Part shown: positions 52,821-62,341 of the stretch, piece by piece
Position numbering within the stretch: position 1 is the first letter of the stretch
How the letters are laid out: the number at the start of each line of letters is the position of its first letter
NCBI GenBank assembly: GCA_964400085.1
Contig: CAYNTW010000010.1
Coordinates: 14,342 to 78,341 of the forward strand
Direction: 5' to 3'
Length of the DNA: 64,000 bases
Source: an uncultured Steroidobacteraceae bacterium
GTDB taxonomy: Bacteria > Pseudomonadota > Gammaproteobacteria > Steroidobacterales > Steroidobacteraceae
Translations under genes and position numbers: made by a program
Notes under the pieces: generated by a model
Told to the model about the DNA's origin: nothing
What the model saw: the letters and a program-made list of their open reading frames with translations, nothing else
The model's database searches: none

Positions 52821-53620
52821 GCTTGGATCTGGGGTTGGTGGGAAAGGTCGCTATCGTTACCGGTGGCAGCGTCGGCATCGGCAAAGAGACGGCGCGCAAA
52901 CTGGCCGCTGAAGGTGTCTCGGTCGTCATTGCGGCACGCACGGTGAGTACGCTCGAGGCCGCTGCTGAGCAGTTGCGTGCGCAAACCGGCGGGACCGTAG
53001 TGCCGATCGCCGTGGATACGACCAACACGCAGTCCGTGCGGGACCTGGTCGAAACCACCGCACGTCGCTTCGGATCCGTGGACATTCTGGTCAATTGTGC
53101 CGCGACCCCGGGAGGGCTGGTTCGGAACAATATCGAGCTGGCGGACGAAGAGGCGCTGCTGTTGGATCTGAACACCAAGTTGGTCGGGTACTTCCGTATG
53201 TGCAAGTACTGCGTCCCGCACATGCGCGCGGCCAAGTGGGGCCGGATCGTGAATGTTGGCGGACTGACGGCCCGCTGCACCGAGGCGATGAGCGGCATGC
53301 GCAATACCGCGCTCGTCCATCTCACCAAGACACTCTCCGACCAACTCGGGCCGGACGGCATCACGGTCAACATCGTCCATCCGGGCGTGACGCGCACCGA
53401 GCACGTGGAGCAGTGGTTCGCCGAGATCGCGAAGTCCGAAGGCACCACGTTCGAGGCGATCGTGAAGCGTGAGGCCGCCGACCCGGCTGCCGTTCGCCGC
53501 ATGCTCGAGGTCGAAGAGGTTGCCGACTGCATCGTGTTCCTCGTGTCGCGCCGTGCGAGTGGCGTGACGGGCGAGTCGATTGCGGTGGATGGCGGACTGT
53601 CTCGCGCTGTTTACCTGTAG
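52817..53620 (+). CDS. SDR-fold protein lacking the canonical Ser-Tyr-Lys triad (paralogue B)
   Basis: 267 aa with VAIVTGGSVGIGKETA and VNCAA motifs. The active-site region is NVGGLTARCTEAMSGMRNTALVHLTKTLS. Collinear with 49012..49809 and shares HLTKTLSDQLGP, GITVN, GES.AVDGG. Confidence 0.8.
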   Translation: MSLDLGLVGKVAIVTGGSVGIGKETARKLAAEGVSVVIAARTVSTLEAAAEQLRAQTGGTVVPIAVDTTNTQSVRDLVETTARRFGSVDILVNCAATPGGLVRNNIELADEEALLLDLNTKLVGYFRMCKYCVPHMRAAKWGRIVNVGGLTARCTEAMSGMRNTALVHLTKTLSDQLGPDGITVNIVHPGVTRTEHVEQWFAEIAKSEGTTFEAIVKREAADPAAVRRMLEVEEVADCIVFLVSRRASGVTGESIAVDGGLSRAVYL

Positions 53621-53791
53621 GCAGCGCTATCGCGAATGGCTGCCCCAGCCCGGCGCGGGGGACGAGTCGAAGCCGCAGTAGGGCGGCACCTGGAGTCCGC
53701 TAAGGGCCGCTGCACAGCTATCGGCGATCGAGCTTGCGCGTTCGCCAGCGCGGATTAGACTCAGGGTGTCGGTCCAAAATGGCGGTATCGC

Positions 53792-56143
53792 ATGCTGAGA
53801 GCCGACTCCAGGCACGGTCTTTCCGTGCTGCTGGGCTCGAGTGCGTTGTGCACTGCGCTATGGTTGCTGTCCATCAACGGCGGAATCGCGCCGGGCACAC
53901 TCTTCTGGGACAACGTGCATTGGACGGTTTCGGGGGCGATTTCCTCGTGGATGGCCGTTCGGGCGGTACGTCATACGGATGCGACCAATCCATTGCGTCG
54001 TACCCGAATCTGGCTGGCCGCCGCCATCCTGGCCAACCTCGGCGGCAGCATCGTCTACGACATCGAATCCGCCGTCGGCTATTTCGAGATTCCCGGCTAT
54101 AACGTCGCGGTGTTCGTATGGATCGGGCCCTGCCTGCTGCTCGCCTTTATCGAGCAGCTGCGTGAGAAACTACCGGGTGGACTCGGCGGTGTCGGGTTCA
54201 TTGACCTCGGAGGATTCTCGCTCGGTGTTCTGGTCCTCGTATTGAGCATCTACTTGCCCTATTACCCGCCTTTCGAACACCTGTCCACGCTCAGTCCGAT
54301 CATCTTTGCCTCCTATCAGGTGCTGCAGTTCTCCGCCGCGGCCGCCGCGCTGGTCCTCAGTCTGCACACGCGTCAACGCTGGACCCTCGAGTGGCAGGCG
54401 ATATTTTTCAGTGTTTGTGCGGAGGGCGTGGTCTGGGCGATCTGGAATCTCACCGCGATCAACAAGTCTTTCGTGCCCTGGAGCGTGGTCGACCTGGGTT
54501 TCACCCTTGCCCCACTCGCGCTGGGTTGGGGCGCGGCCTACTGGGAACCGCGGGTGAATACCTCCGAGAGTTTTGACCGACTCTGTGAAGGCCTGCTGCG
54601 GCTGTTGCCCTTACTCAATGTCGCACTTGCGACGACCGCGATCGTTTTGCTGTCGGCGCAGCGCTCGCTCAGTGAGCCGGCGCACACCCTTCTGCTGGGT
54701 AGCGCCGTCGTTGCGTTGGTGTTTGCCGCAGTGCGGCAGACACTGCAACTTCGGGAGCGAGACAAACTGATTCACGCCGAGCGCGCGGTTGCCGAGAGTC
54801 AGGCACAGCTGGAGTATCTGGCGCACCATGATTCGCTCACGGGACTGCCCAACCGCACGCGGCTGCGTGACCGCGTCGAGCAAGCGATCGAGCGTGCGAA
54901 CAAGAAGCACTTGCGCGCCGCGCTGCTGTTCCTCGACCTCGACCAGTTCAAGGAAGTGAACGACACCTTCGGGCATGCGACGGGGGATGCACTCCTGTGT
55001 CACGTCGCCCGTCAGTTGGAGAGCTTGCTGCACTTGGCCGATACCGTGAGCCGGCAGGGTGGGGACGAGTTTACCGTGGTGCTCGCGGACGTGGGCGCAG
55101 TCACCGATGTCGTCGGGGTTGCCGAAAAGATCATGGCGATCTCTGGCACCATCGCGCGTATCGACAACATGGAACTGCCGCTCTCGGTATCCGTTGGCAT
55201 TGCGCTGTATCCAGACGATGGGAGCGACTTCCAGTCGCTGTTGCAATGCGCCGATGCGGCCATGTACCGCGCCAAGGCGGCAGGTCGCAACAGCTATCGA
55301 TTTTATGACGCACAGATCCACGCGGAAATTACCAACCGCATCCGCATGCGGCATGCCCTCTCGCACGCCATCGAGCGAAAGGAGCTGCACCTGGTTTACC
55401 AACCGGAGATTGAGCTCGCCACGGGGATGGTCTGCGGCGCGGAAGCGCTTTTGCGATGGGATACAGCGGAACTGGGTTCGATTCCTCCCGGGATCTTTAT
55501 TCCAGTGGCGGAGGAGAGTGGCCTGATTGTTGATATCGGCGGCTGGGTGTTGCGGGAGGCTTGTCGCCAGGCGGCGCAATGGCATGAGAGCGGTATGCAA
55601 CACTTGCCAGTGGCGGTGAACATCTCGGTCGCGCAATTCCGCCGTGACAACCTGCTGGAGCGCGTCACCGAGACGCTGCGCGACTCGCGTTTGCCACCCG
55701 GGTTGCTCGAGCTCGAGCTCACCGAGTCGGTGCTGATGCAGGAGCAGGATCGGGTGATCACAGCGCTCGACCGCCTCCGTAGCGTAGGGGTGAACATTTC
55801 GATCGACGACTTTGGCACCGGCTACTCGAGCCTCGCGTACCTGCGGCGGCTCGCGGTCGGTAAGCTCAAAATCGACCGCTCTTTTGTGCAAGCGGCCGTC
55901 GATGACGGGCGCGGCGGGGGACGCATCGTGCGAGCCATCATCGACATGGCGCGCGCTCTCGAGCTGCAGACAGTTGCCGAAGGTGTCGAGACTGCGGCAC
56001 AACTCGCGATGCTGCGCTCCGCGGGATGTGACATCGCCCAGGGTTACGCGTTGAGCGTGCCGCTTGCGCCGGCGGACTTCGTGGCTTTCGTCGCGCGCAG
56101 TTACAGAACCGAGGTGCGCATGGAGGGTGGTTCGCGAGCCTGA
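53792..56143 (+). CDS. membrane-anchored GGDEF-EAL protein (c-di-GMP turnover)
   Basis: 783 aa. The N-terminal roughly 330 aa are polytopic membrane sequence with no recognised sensor family. GGDEF (RQGGDEFTV) and EAL (GAEALLRW, DDFGTGYSSL, KIDRSF) motifs are intact. Confidence 0.85.
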   Translation: MLRADSRHGLSVLLGSSALCTALWLLSINGGIAPGTLFWDNVHWTVSGAISSWMAVRAVRHTDATNPLRRTRIWLAAAILANLGGSIVYDIESAVGYFEIPGYNVAVFVWIGPCLLLAFIEQLREKLPGGLGGVGFIDLGGFSLGVLVLVLSIYLPYYPPFEHLSTLSPIIFASYQVLQFSAAAAALVLSLHTRQRWTLEWQAIFFSVCAEGVVWAIWNLTAINKSFVPWSVVDLGFTLAPLALGWGAAYWEPRVNTSESFDRLCEGLLRLLPLLNVALATTAIVLLSAQRSLSEPAHTLLLGSAVVALVFAAVRQTLQLRERDKLIHAERAVAESQAQLEYLAHHDSLTGLPNRTRLRDRVEQAIERANKKHLRAALLFLDLDQFKEVNDTFGHATGDALLCHVARQLESLLHLADTVSRQGGDEFTVVLADVGAVTDVVGVAEKIMAISGTIARIDNMELPLSVSVGIALYPDDGSDFQSLLQCADAAMYRAKAAGRNSYRFYDAQIHAEITNRIRMRHALSHAIERKELHLVYQPEIELATGMVCGAEALLRWDTAELGSIPPGIFIPVAEESGLIVDIGGWVLREACRQAAQWHESGMQHLPVAVNISVAQFRRDNLLERVTETLRDSRLPPGLLELELTESVLMQEQDRVITALDRLRSVGVNISIDDFGTGYSSLAYLRRLAVGKLKIDRSFVQAAVDDGRGGGRIVRAIIDMARALELQTVAEGVETAAQLAMLRSAGCDIAQGYALSVPLAPADFVAFVARSYRTEVRMEGGSRA

Positions 56144-56159
56144 ATATTCTCTCATCCCT

Positions 56160-56168
56160 GGGGGGGGG
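56160..56168 (+). repeat. homopolymeric G9 tract 6 nt upstream of a TonB-receptor start codon
   Basis: Sequence ccctGGGGGGGGGcaacatATG. It lies between the GGDEF-EAL stop (56143) and the ATG at 56175, in the Shine-Dalgarno position. Confidence 0.9.
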
Positions 56169-56174
56169 CAACAT

Positions 56175-58703
56175 ATGGCGATGTCCGAGTTGGAACAAAC
56201 CGGTCGGCGATCCATACTGTTCTCGCGCAGTGGCGCCAGGTTCCTGGCGACTGTGCTGGCGTGTTCGATGGGCGCCCAGGTTCACGGCCAACAGGCGCCC
56301 GCGACCGAAGTACCCGCGAGCCAAGGCCTGGAATTGCAGGAGGTCGTCGTCACGGCGCAAAAGCGTAGCGAGCGATTGCAGGATGTGCCCATCAGCCTGA
56401 CAGCCATCTCACAGCAGGATCTGGACCAACAGGGACTGCGCTCCATCGACGATGTCACCGCGGTCACCCCGGGAGTCACGTTCCAGCGCATGGGAAGCGG
56501 GCTCAACGCCAACTATAACGATGAGCAATCGGATATCAGCATTCGCGGCATCGAGTCCCAGGCGGGCACCTCGACCACCGCCATCTACATCGATGATGCA
56601 CCCGTGGAGACGCGACACATCGCCTTCGGATCGGTGAACCCTTTCCCGGCGCTCTTCGACGTTGACCGTGTGGAGGTGCTGCGCGGGCCGCAGGGTACGC
56701 TGTTCGGCGCCAGCGCCGAAGGCGGTGCGATCCGCTTCATCTCGCCCGAGCCCGGCTTGGACAGGTATACCGGCTACGTGCGTTCGGAGCTGGCTGATAT
56801 CCACAACGGCGACACCAGCTACAACGTCGGGGCAGCGGGCGGCGGCCCGTTGGTCGACGGCGTGCTCGGATTCCGGGCAAGCCTGTCCTTCGATCGTCAG
56901 GGCGGTTGGGTGGACCGGGCCAACTACAGCCATCCCGGGGCGGACCCCCTCATCCCGCCGACGTTTACGCTCGTGACCCAACCGAACTCCAACTGGGAAC
57001 AGACCGAGACCGTCCGTCTGGCGCTCAAGTGGGTTCCCACCGACGGGTTGAGCGTGATCCCGTCTTTCTATTATCAGCGCCTGCATTTGAACGATACGGC
57101 CGTCTATTGGCCTTTTCTTTCCGACCCGGCCAACAACGTCTTCCGCAACGGCAACGCCTTGACCAACCCGAGCACAGATTGGTTCTCGTTGACGGGATTG
57201 AAGATCAACTACAACCTGGGCTGGTCGGACCTGACCTCCAGCACCTCGTATTTCGTGCGCCGGCAAAACTCGGTCTCCGACTATACGCAGTACGAGCGAG
57301 TTCTCTGGCTGGGCAATCCCTATCCTCAGCCCGGTGATATCGCCCCGACGCCGTTCAAGGACTCCCAGAACAACTTCTTCCAGGAGCTGCGGCTCTCCTC
57401 CAAAGGCGGCACGGATGCCCGCCTCAAGTGGACCGGCGGCTTGTTCTACGGTCGCATGAGCGAGAACGTGCAGGAGTATATCTACGACAACACGCTGAGC
57501 TCGGAGTTTCAGGCGCTCAACGGCTTTCCATTGTGTGGCGCGATCCTGGGTCCGTGCCCCAACGGCATCTACCTGCAGGCGCCTCTCGACCAGACCATCG
57601 ACAAACAAGTCGCGGCCTTCGGGGAACTGACCGTCAAGATCGTGAGCAACCTGAGCGCAACCCTCGGCCTGCGGGTCTCGCACAACGAGGTCATCAACAA
57701 CAACGAGGCGACTGGCGGCGCCCTGGTGGGTAATCCCGGGGTGTTCACCTCGTACTCCCTCTCCGAAAACCCGGTGACGCCGAAGGCAGTCCTCTCGTGG
57801 CAACCCAACCGGGACAGCATGTACTATGCGAGCGCGGCGAAAGGCTACCGCGTGGGCGGAATCAATGGCCCCAACAACCAGGGCATCTGCTCGGGCGACG
57901 TGAATGCATTGGGACTGGGATTACCCACGATCAACGGAGTTGCCCAGTGGCCGCTCAGGTACTCCTCCGACAGCCTGTGGAGCTATGAGCTCGGCGCGAA
58001 GCAGACTTTTCTCGACCACCGGCTGTCCGTGGATGCGAGCGTCTTCCTGATCCGCTGGAAAAACATCCAACAAAACGTCTTCCTGCCGGACTGCGGGCTG
58101 CAGTTCATCACCAACCTGGGGCAGGTGTTGAGCCGTGGGGGCGACCTGGAGGTGCACTACCTGCCGTTCGAGTCGCTGTCGCTCACCTTCACGGCTTCCT
58201 ATACGGACCCGAAGTTCCTCGAAGCCTCCTGCGTCGGCGCTTCCGCTTTCAACGGAGTCGACTGTGTCAGTCCCGGGGGGCTCGCGGCGAAGCCGGTCGC
58301 CAGCGAGGGTGACCGGTTGCTCGCGAACCCGTGGAATCTGCACTTCGGTGGCGAGTACACCCATGCCCTGCCCATCGCCGCAGCCGCCGGCTACCTGAGG
58401 GTGGACTACCAGGTCCTCACGGCACAAAGAGCACAACTCGCGGGCCAGGATCCGCGCAACGCCTTTTTCGACAATACCATTCCCGGACTGCCGCTCAGCA
58501 AGGAGCTCGGTATGCGCCTGGGGGTGCGCTTCAGCGGGTTCGACATCTCGCTGTTTGGTCAGAACCTCACCAACGAGCATCCGCTGATGTTTGAGTCTCG
58601 GGACGTGCCGCCGGTACTGCCGACCAGCCCTCCGGATAACCTCTACTTCGCCCGGACGGTGCGTCCACGGGCGCTGGGATTGACCGGGACTTACCGATTC
58701 TGA
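56175..58703 (+). CDS. TonB-dependent outer-membrane receptor
   Basis: ORF 56064..58703 trimmed to MAMSELEQTGRRSILFSRSGARFLATVLACSMGAQVHG. Plug motif is QEVVVTAQKRSERLQDVPISL and the C-terminus is LTGTYRF. Confidence 0.9.
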   Translation: MAMSELEQTGRRSILFSRSGARFLATVLACSMGAQVHGQQAPATEVPASQGLELQEVVVTAQKRSERLQDVPISLTAISQQDLDQQGLRSIDDVTAVTPGVTFQRMGSGLNANYNDEQSDISIRGIESQAGTSTTAIYIDDAPVETRHIAFGSVNPFPALFDVDRVEVLRGPQGTLFGASAEGGAIRFISPEPGLDRYTGYVRSELADIHNGDTSYNVGAAGGGPLVDGVLGFRASLSFDRQGGWVDRANYSHPGADPLIPPTFTLVTQPNSNWEQTETVRLALKWVPTDGLSVIPSFYYQRLHLNDTAVYWPFLSDPANNVFRNGNALTNPSTDWFSLTGLKINYNLGWSDLTSSTSYFVRRQNSVSDYTQYERVLWLGNPYPQPGDIAPTPFKDSQNNFFQELRLSSKGGTDARLKWTGGLFYGRMSENVQEYIYDNTLSSEFQALNGFPLCGAILGPCPNGIYLQAPLDQTIDKQVAAFGELTVKIVSNLSATLGLRVSHNEVINNNEATGGALVGNPGVFTSYSLSENPVTPKAVLSWQPNRDSMYYASAAKGYRVGGINGPNNQGICSGDVNALGLGLPTINGVAQWPLRYSSDSLWSYELGAKQTFLDHRLSVDASVFLIRWKNIQQNVFLPDCGLQFITNLGQVLSRGGDLEVHYLPFESLSLTFTASYTDPKFLEASCVGASAFNGVDCVSPGGLAAKPVASEGDRLLANPWNLHFGGEYTHALPIAAAAGYLRVDYQVLTAQRAQLAGQDPRNAFFDNTIPGLPLSKELGMRLGVRFSGFDISLFGQNLTNEHPLMFESRDVPPVLPTSPPDNLYFARTVRPRALGLTGTYRF

Positions 58704-59757
58704 GCGTCAGCCATGCGCGTAGCGGCTCATCGTAGTATTTCAGGAGCAGCCAGGCGACGAGAACCATGCCAACATACGAGCTCGCCGCTACGAGCCAGAC
58801 CCGCGAAGTGGCAGGATGTGTGTGCCAGTACCAGTGCGCGAACACGTAGATCGCCGGGTAGTGGATGATGTACAGCGGATAGGAAAGCCGCCCGGTGAGG
58901 CGGCTCACCTTACCCGACCACCCGTTGAGTTGGGAGATGCCCGCGCCCAGGCAGATCGTCACGGGGAAGACGAAAATCACGCAGAGCGCTTCGAAGAGGC
59001 CGTCGAGACGGCCCATCGAGGGCGCTGTGAACACAGCGATCAGCAACAGGGAGAGCCACAGATAGGGGTGCGGCATTCGCACCCGGAGATTCAGCCGATA
59101 CAGGAGCAGTCCGGCAAAAAACGGATAAATCAGCCGCACGAAGGCGGCCCAGAAGTTGTCCCACGCCCAACCGACGCCCAGGTTGCCGAAATGCAGGGCA
59201 GTCAGTAGCAAAGTCAGCGCGCTGGCCGTACAAAGCACGCCGAGAGCGCGGTTGGAAAGACGGGCGCCGAACAGGCCATAGGCGACGTTCGCAAGATACT
59301 CCTGGAACAAGGTCCACGCGGGTGGATCGAGGGAGTGGGTTTCGCCGAACCGGTTCGGCAGAGTGGGTGCGGGGAGCAGCAACAGGTTGAGCGCGAACAC
59401 CAGGACCACCAGACCGGAGGAGGGCTTGGCGCCGCCGACATACGGATCGAAGAGATAGGCTAGCAGGCCGATGACCATGGAGACGACGACCATCGGGTGC
59501 AGCCGGATGAGCCGTCGCAGGAAGAACTCTTTCAACGTCAGGCGGGAGGCCGGAGCGGCGGCGCACGAGAGGCGCGCGTCGTAGGCGTGCCCTAGCACAA
59601 AACCCGAGAGCGCGAAAAAGAAGTCCACCGCCAGATGCGCGTGTCGCAGGGGGTTGTGAGCCAAGTCCGCGGAGGTGATCTCCGTGAAATGAAACAGCAG
59701 GACACTGAGCGCGGCCGTGCCGCGCAGGCCGTCCAGAACTTCCAGATGTGACTTCAC
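58567..59757 (-). CDS. acyltransferase family 3 (OafA/YrhL-like) membrane protein
   Basis: 396 aa, about 10 TM. N-terminal motif LDGLRGTAALSVLLFHF. The last roughly 45 aa are low-complexity and lie antisense to the end of the TonB receptor gene (137-nt overlap). Confidence 0.8.
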   Translation of the reverse strand: MKSHLEVLDGLRGTAALSVLLFHFTEITSADLAHNPLRHAHLAVDFFFALSGFVLGHAYDARLSCAAAPASRLTLKEFFLRRLIRLHPMVVVSMVIGLLAYLFDPYVGGAKPSSGLVVLVFALNLLLLPAPTLPNRFGETHSLDPPAWTLFQEYLANVAYGLFGARLSNRALGVLCTASALTLLLTALHFGNLGVGWAWDNFWAAFVRLIYPFFAGLLLYRLNLRVRMPHPYLWLSLLLIAVFTAPSMGRLDGLFEALCVIFVFPVTICLGAGISQLNGWSGKVSRLTGRLSYPLYIIHYPAIYVFAHWYWHTHPATSRVWLVAASSYVGMVLVAWLLLKYYDEPLRAWLTLRIGKSRSIPAPVDAPSGRSRGYPEGWSAVPAARPETQTSADARW

Positions 59758-59979
59758 TGCTGCGATTGCCCCCGCGAGGTCTTGCTCGTGTGGAAGACAG
59801 TAATATCACAGGAACTTTAAAAGTTGCCGCTAGCGGTCGCTAGACCTGGGGCGCCGAGCGCCGCTGGCATGCTCCAAATGGCATGTCACTGCGCCCTCAT
59901 TTCAATATTCGCCCAGATAGGGTGGTGGTAAGTTCGCGCGCTGCTGAGGCGGCGGCGCGCCGCGCTTGAACGATCCCTT

Positions 59980-62220
59980 ATGCGCTCAATCTGGGTTGCC
60001 ATAACGGCTTCCATGGTTCTGCTCGCCAGCCTGACCAGCGCGTCCGTCGCGGGCACGCCGGTCGCAACGCATCGGCCTTGGATGAACACCTCTCTCAACG
60101 CGGGCGAGCGCACCCGGTTGCTGCTGGAGTCCATGACCGCAACCGACAAATTTCGACTGGTGTTCGGTTTCTATTCGAACGAGGCGCCCTGGAAGAGCTA
60201 TCACAAACCGCCTGAGGGCGTACGGCAATCGGCGGGCTATGTTCCGGGCAATGCGCGCCTGGGTATTCCCGCTTTGACCGAGACCGATGCCGGCATCGGT
60301 GTGGCGAGCCAAGCAGGCCCCCACCCGAGCCTTGCCACGGCACTGCCCTCCAACCTGGCGATCGCGGCATCCTGGGACCCGGAATTGGCGTTCTCCGGTG
60401 GACAGATGATCGGCGACGAGGCGCGCCGTCTCGGATTCAACGTCATGCTCGCCGGCGGGATCAATCTTGCCCGCGAGCCCCGCGGCGGCCGCACGTTCGA
60501 GTATGCCGGCGAGGATCCCTGGCTGGCGGCAAACCTGGTGTCGGCGCAGATCCGCGGCATCCAGTCGAACCACATCATCGCCACGACCAAGCACTTCGCC
60601 CTGAACGATCAGGAGACCGGGCGCATGACGATCAGCGCGCGCATCGACGAGCGCGCCGCACGCATGTCAGATCTGTTGGCGTTCGAGCTCGCCATCGGCC
60701 AGTCGCAGCCCGGCGCGGTGATGTGCGCGTACAACCGGATCAACGGCGTGTGGAGTTGCGAGAACCCATGGCTGCTCACCGGGGTGCTCCGCGAGGATTG
60801 GGGCTATAAGGGCTTCGTCATGTCCGATTGGGGCGCAACCCACTCGACGATTCCAGCGGCCAACGCCGGCCTCGACCAGGAGTCCGGCTATCCGTTCGAC
60901 CGCGCAGCCTACTTCGGGGATGCTTTGAAGGAGGCGATCGCGGGAGGACACGTTCCCCTGTCACGCCTCGATGCGATGGCAAGCCACATTCTCTATTCCA
61001 TGTTTGTCAACGGGCTCTTCGATGAGCCGGTCGGAGGGGACCTCCCCGACTTCGAAGCGCATGCGCGGATCGCGCGTGTCAGCGCGGAAGGCTCCATGGT
61101 GCTGCTGAAGAACGACCGTGCCATCCTACCGCTGGCTGCTGATCTCCCATCCATCGCCGTCATCGGCTCGCACGCAGACGTCGGCGTATTGTCTGGAGGT
61201 GGATCGTCCCAGGTCTATCCCCAAACAGGCGTTGCGGTTGTGGACACTGACATCAAACACGGTTTTGCTGTCTACTTTCGCTCCTCTCCCGTGGATGCGT
61301 TGATTGCGCGTACGCACGCCAAGGTGCTCTATAACGACGGGACGGACCCGGTGGCCGCCGCGCAGTTGGCGGCGCGATGCAAAGTGGCCGTTGTATTCGC
61401 GCGCCAGTGGCGCGCGGAAGGAGTGGATGCGACGTTAGACTTGGACGCTGATCAGGACTCCCTGATCGAGGCCGTCGCCAAAGCGAACGCGAACACCATC
61501 GTGGTTCTGGAGACCGGAGGCCCCGTGCTGATGCCCTGGCTCAACTCGGTCGCCAGCGTGTTGGAGGCGTGGTACCCGGGGTCGAGCGGTGGTGAAGCGA
61601 TCGCGCGCGTACTGACCGGAGAGGTCAACCCTTCCGGCCGGTTGCCGCTGACTTTTCCCCGCTCCGCCGAGCAGTTGCCGCGTCCGGCAGGGTTTCCCGC
61701 GACGCAAGAGACCGATCAGACGGAAGCGCTCGTTGCGTATCCCACGGTCGATTATGGAATAGAGGGCGCTGCGGTCGGTTACAAGTGGTACGACAAACGG
61801 AGTCTGTCGCCGCTGTTTCCTTTCGGATTTGGTCTGTCATACAGCCAATTCACGTACACCGGGCTGAGAGCGGAGGCCATCGACAATGGCATCGTCGTGC
61901 ATTTTCGAGTCAAGAACACGGGACGGGTCACCGGTGCCGAAGTCGCGCAGATCTACGTGGGACCGAAGGAATGGAGTGCGGAGGGACTCTGGGAGGCGCC
62001 TCGTCGGCTCGCCGGTTTTGTGAAGCTCAACCTGAGACCAGGTGAGAGCCGTCGAGTGTCCGTGAGCATCGAGCCACGTCTGACCGGCTTCTATGATGAT
62101 GACCTGCACGGATGGCGAATCGCCGCCGGTGAGTACGAAGTCAGACTCTCGAAGGATGCGACGCAAGCTGTCGCGCAAGGGCTCGTACACCTGGACGCGC
62201 AGAGCCTACCCCAGCATTAA
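59980..62220 (+). CDS. secreted GH3 beta-glucosidase (BglX-like)
   Basis: 746 aa with a signal peptide and nucleophile region GFVMSDWGA. GH3 N- and C-domains and a fibronectin-like tail. Confidence 0.9.
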   Translation: MRSIWVAITASMVLLASLTSASVAGTPVATHRPWMNTSLNAGERTRLLLESMTATDKFRLVFGFYSNEAPWKSYHKPPEGVRQSAGYVPGNARLGIPALTETDAGIGVASQAGPHPSLATALPSNLAIAASWDPELAFSGGQMIGDEARRLGFNVMLAGGINLAREPRGGRTFEYAGEDPWLAANLVSAQIRGIQSNHIIATTKHFALNDQETGRMTISARIDERAARMSDLLAFELAIGQSQPGAVMCAYNRINGVWSCENPWLLTGVLREDWGYKGFVMSDWGATHSTIPAANAGLDQESGYPFDRAAYFGDALKEAIAGGHVPLSRLDAMASHILYSMFVNGLFDEPVGGDLPDFEAHARIARVSAEGSMVLLKNDRAILPLAADLPSIAVIGSHADVGVLSGGGSSQVYPQTGVAVVDTDIKHGFAVYFRSSPVDALIARTHAKVLYNDGTDPVAAAQLAARCKVAVVFARQWRAEGVDATLDLDADQDSLIEAVAKANANTIVVLETGGPVLMPWLNSVASVLEAWYPGSSGGEAIARVLTGEVNPSGRLPLTFPRSAEQLPRPAGFPATQETDQTEALVAYPTVDYGIEGAAVGYKWYDKRSLSPLFPFGFGLSYSQFTYTGLRAEAIDNGIVVHFRVKNTGRVTGAEVAQIYVGPKEWSAEGLWEAPRRLAGFVKLNLRPGESRRVSVSIEPRLTGFYDDDLHGWRIAAGEYEVRLSKDATQAVAQGLVHLDAQSLPQH

Positions 62221-62341
62221 GGCTACGCGGGGGGCGGGACGCCCTGTTTGCGCGGTAGCGCGAGCGAGAAAGGCTACACACCAGTGCCGCGGCTGCGGTA
62301 TGGTAGCGGTACCACAGGAAGGGATCTGGGACTTCGCCGCC

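Noticed and set aside
54611-56215. 534-aa minus-strand ORF, with similar long antisense ORFs at 56409..57803, 29515..30834, 50860..51999, 52463..53532, 26806..27714 and 15818..16816
   Set aside because: Each is antisense to a gene with strong family motifs (GGDEF-EAL, TonB receptors, GH51, reductase, SDR). Composition is Arg-rich and low-complexity, and no domains were recognised.
62232-62250. Possible rho-independent terminator after the GH3 gene (GGGCG-GGA-CGCCC followed by TGTTTG)
   Set aside because: The stem is only 5 bp with a 3-nt loop and the T-tract is interrupted. This is too weak to call.
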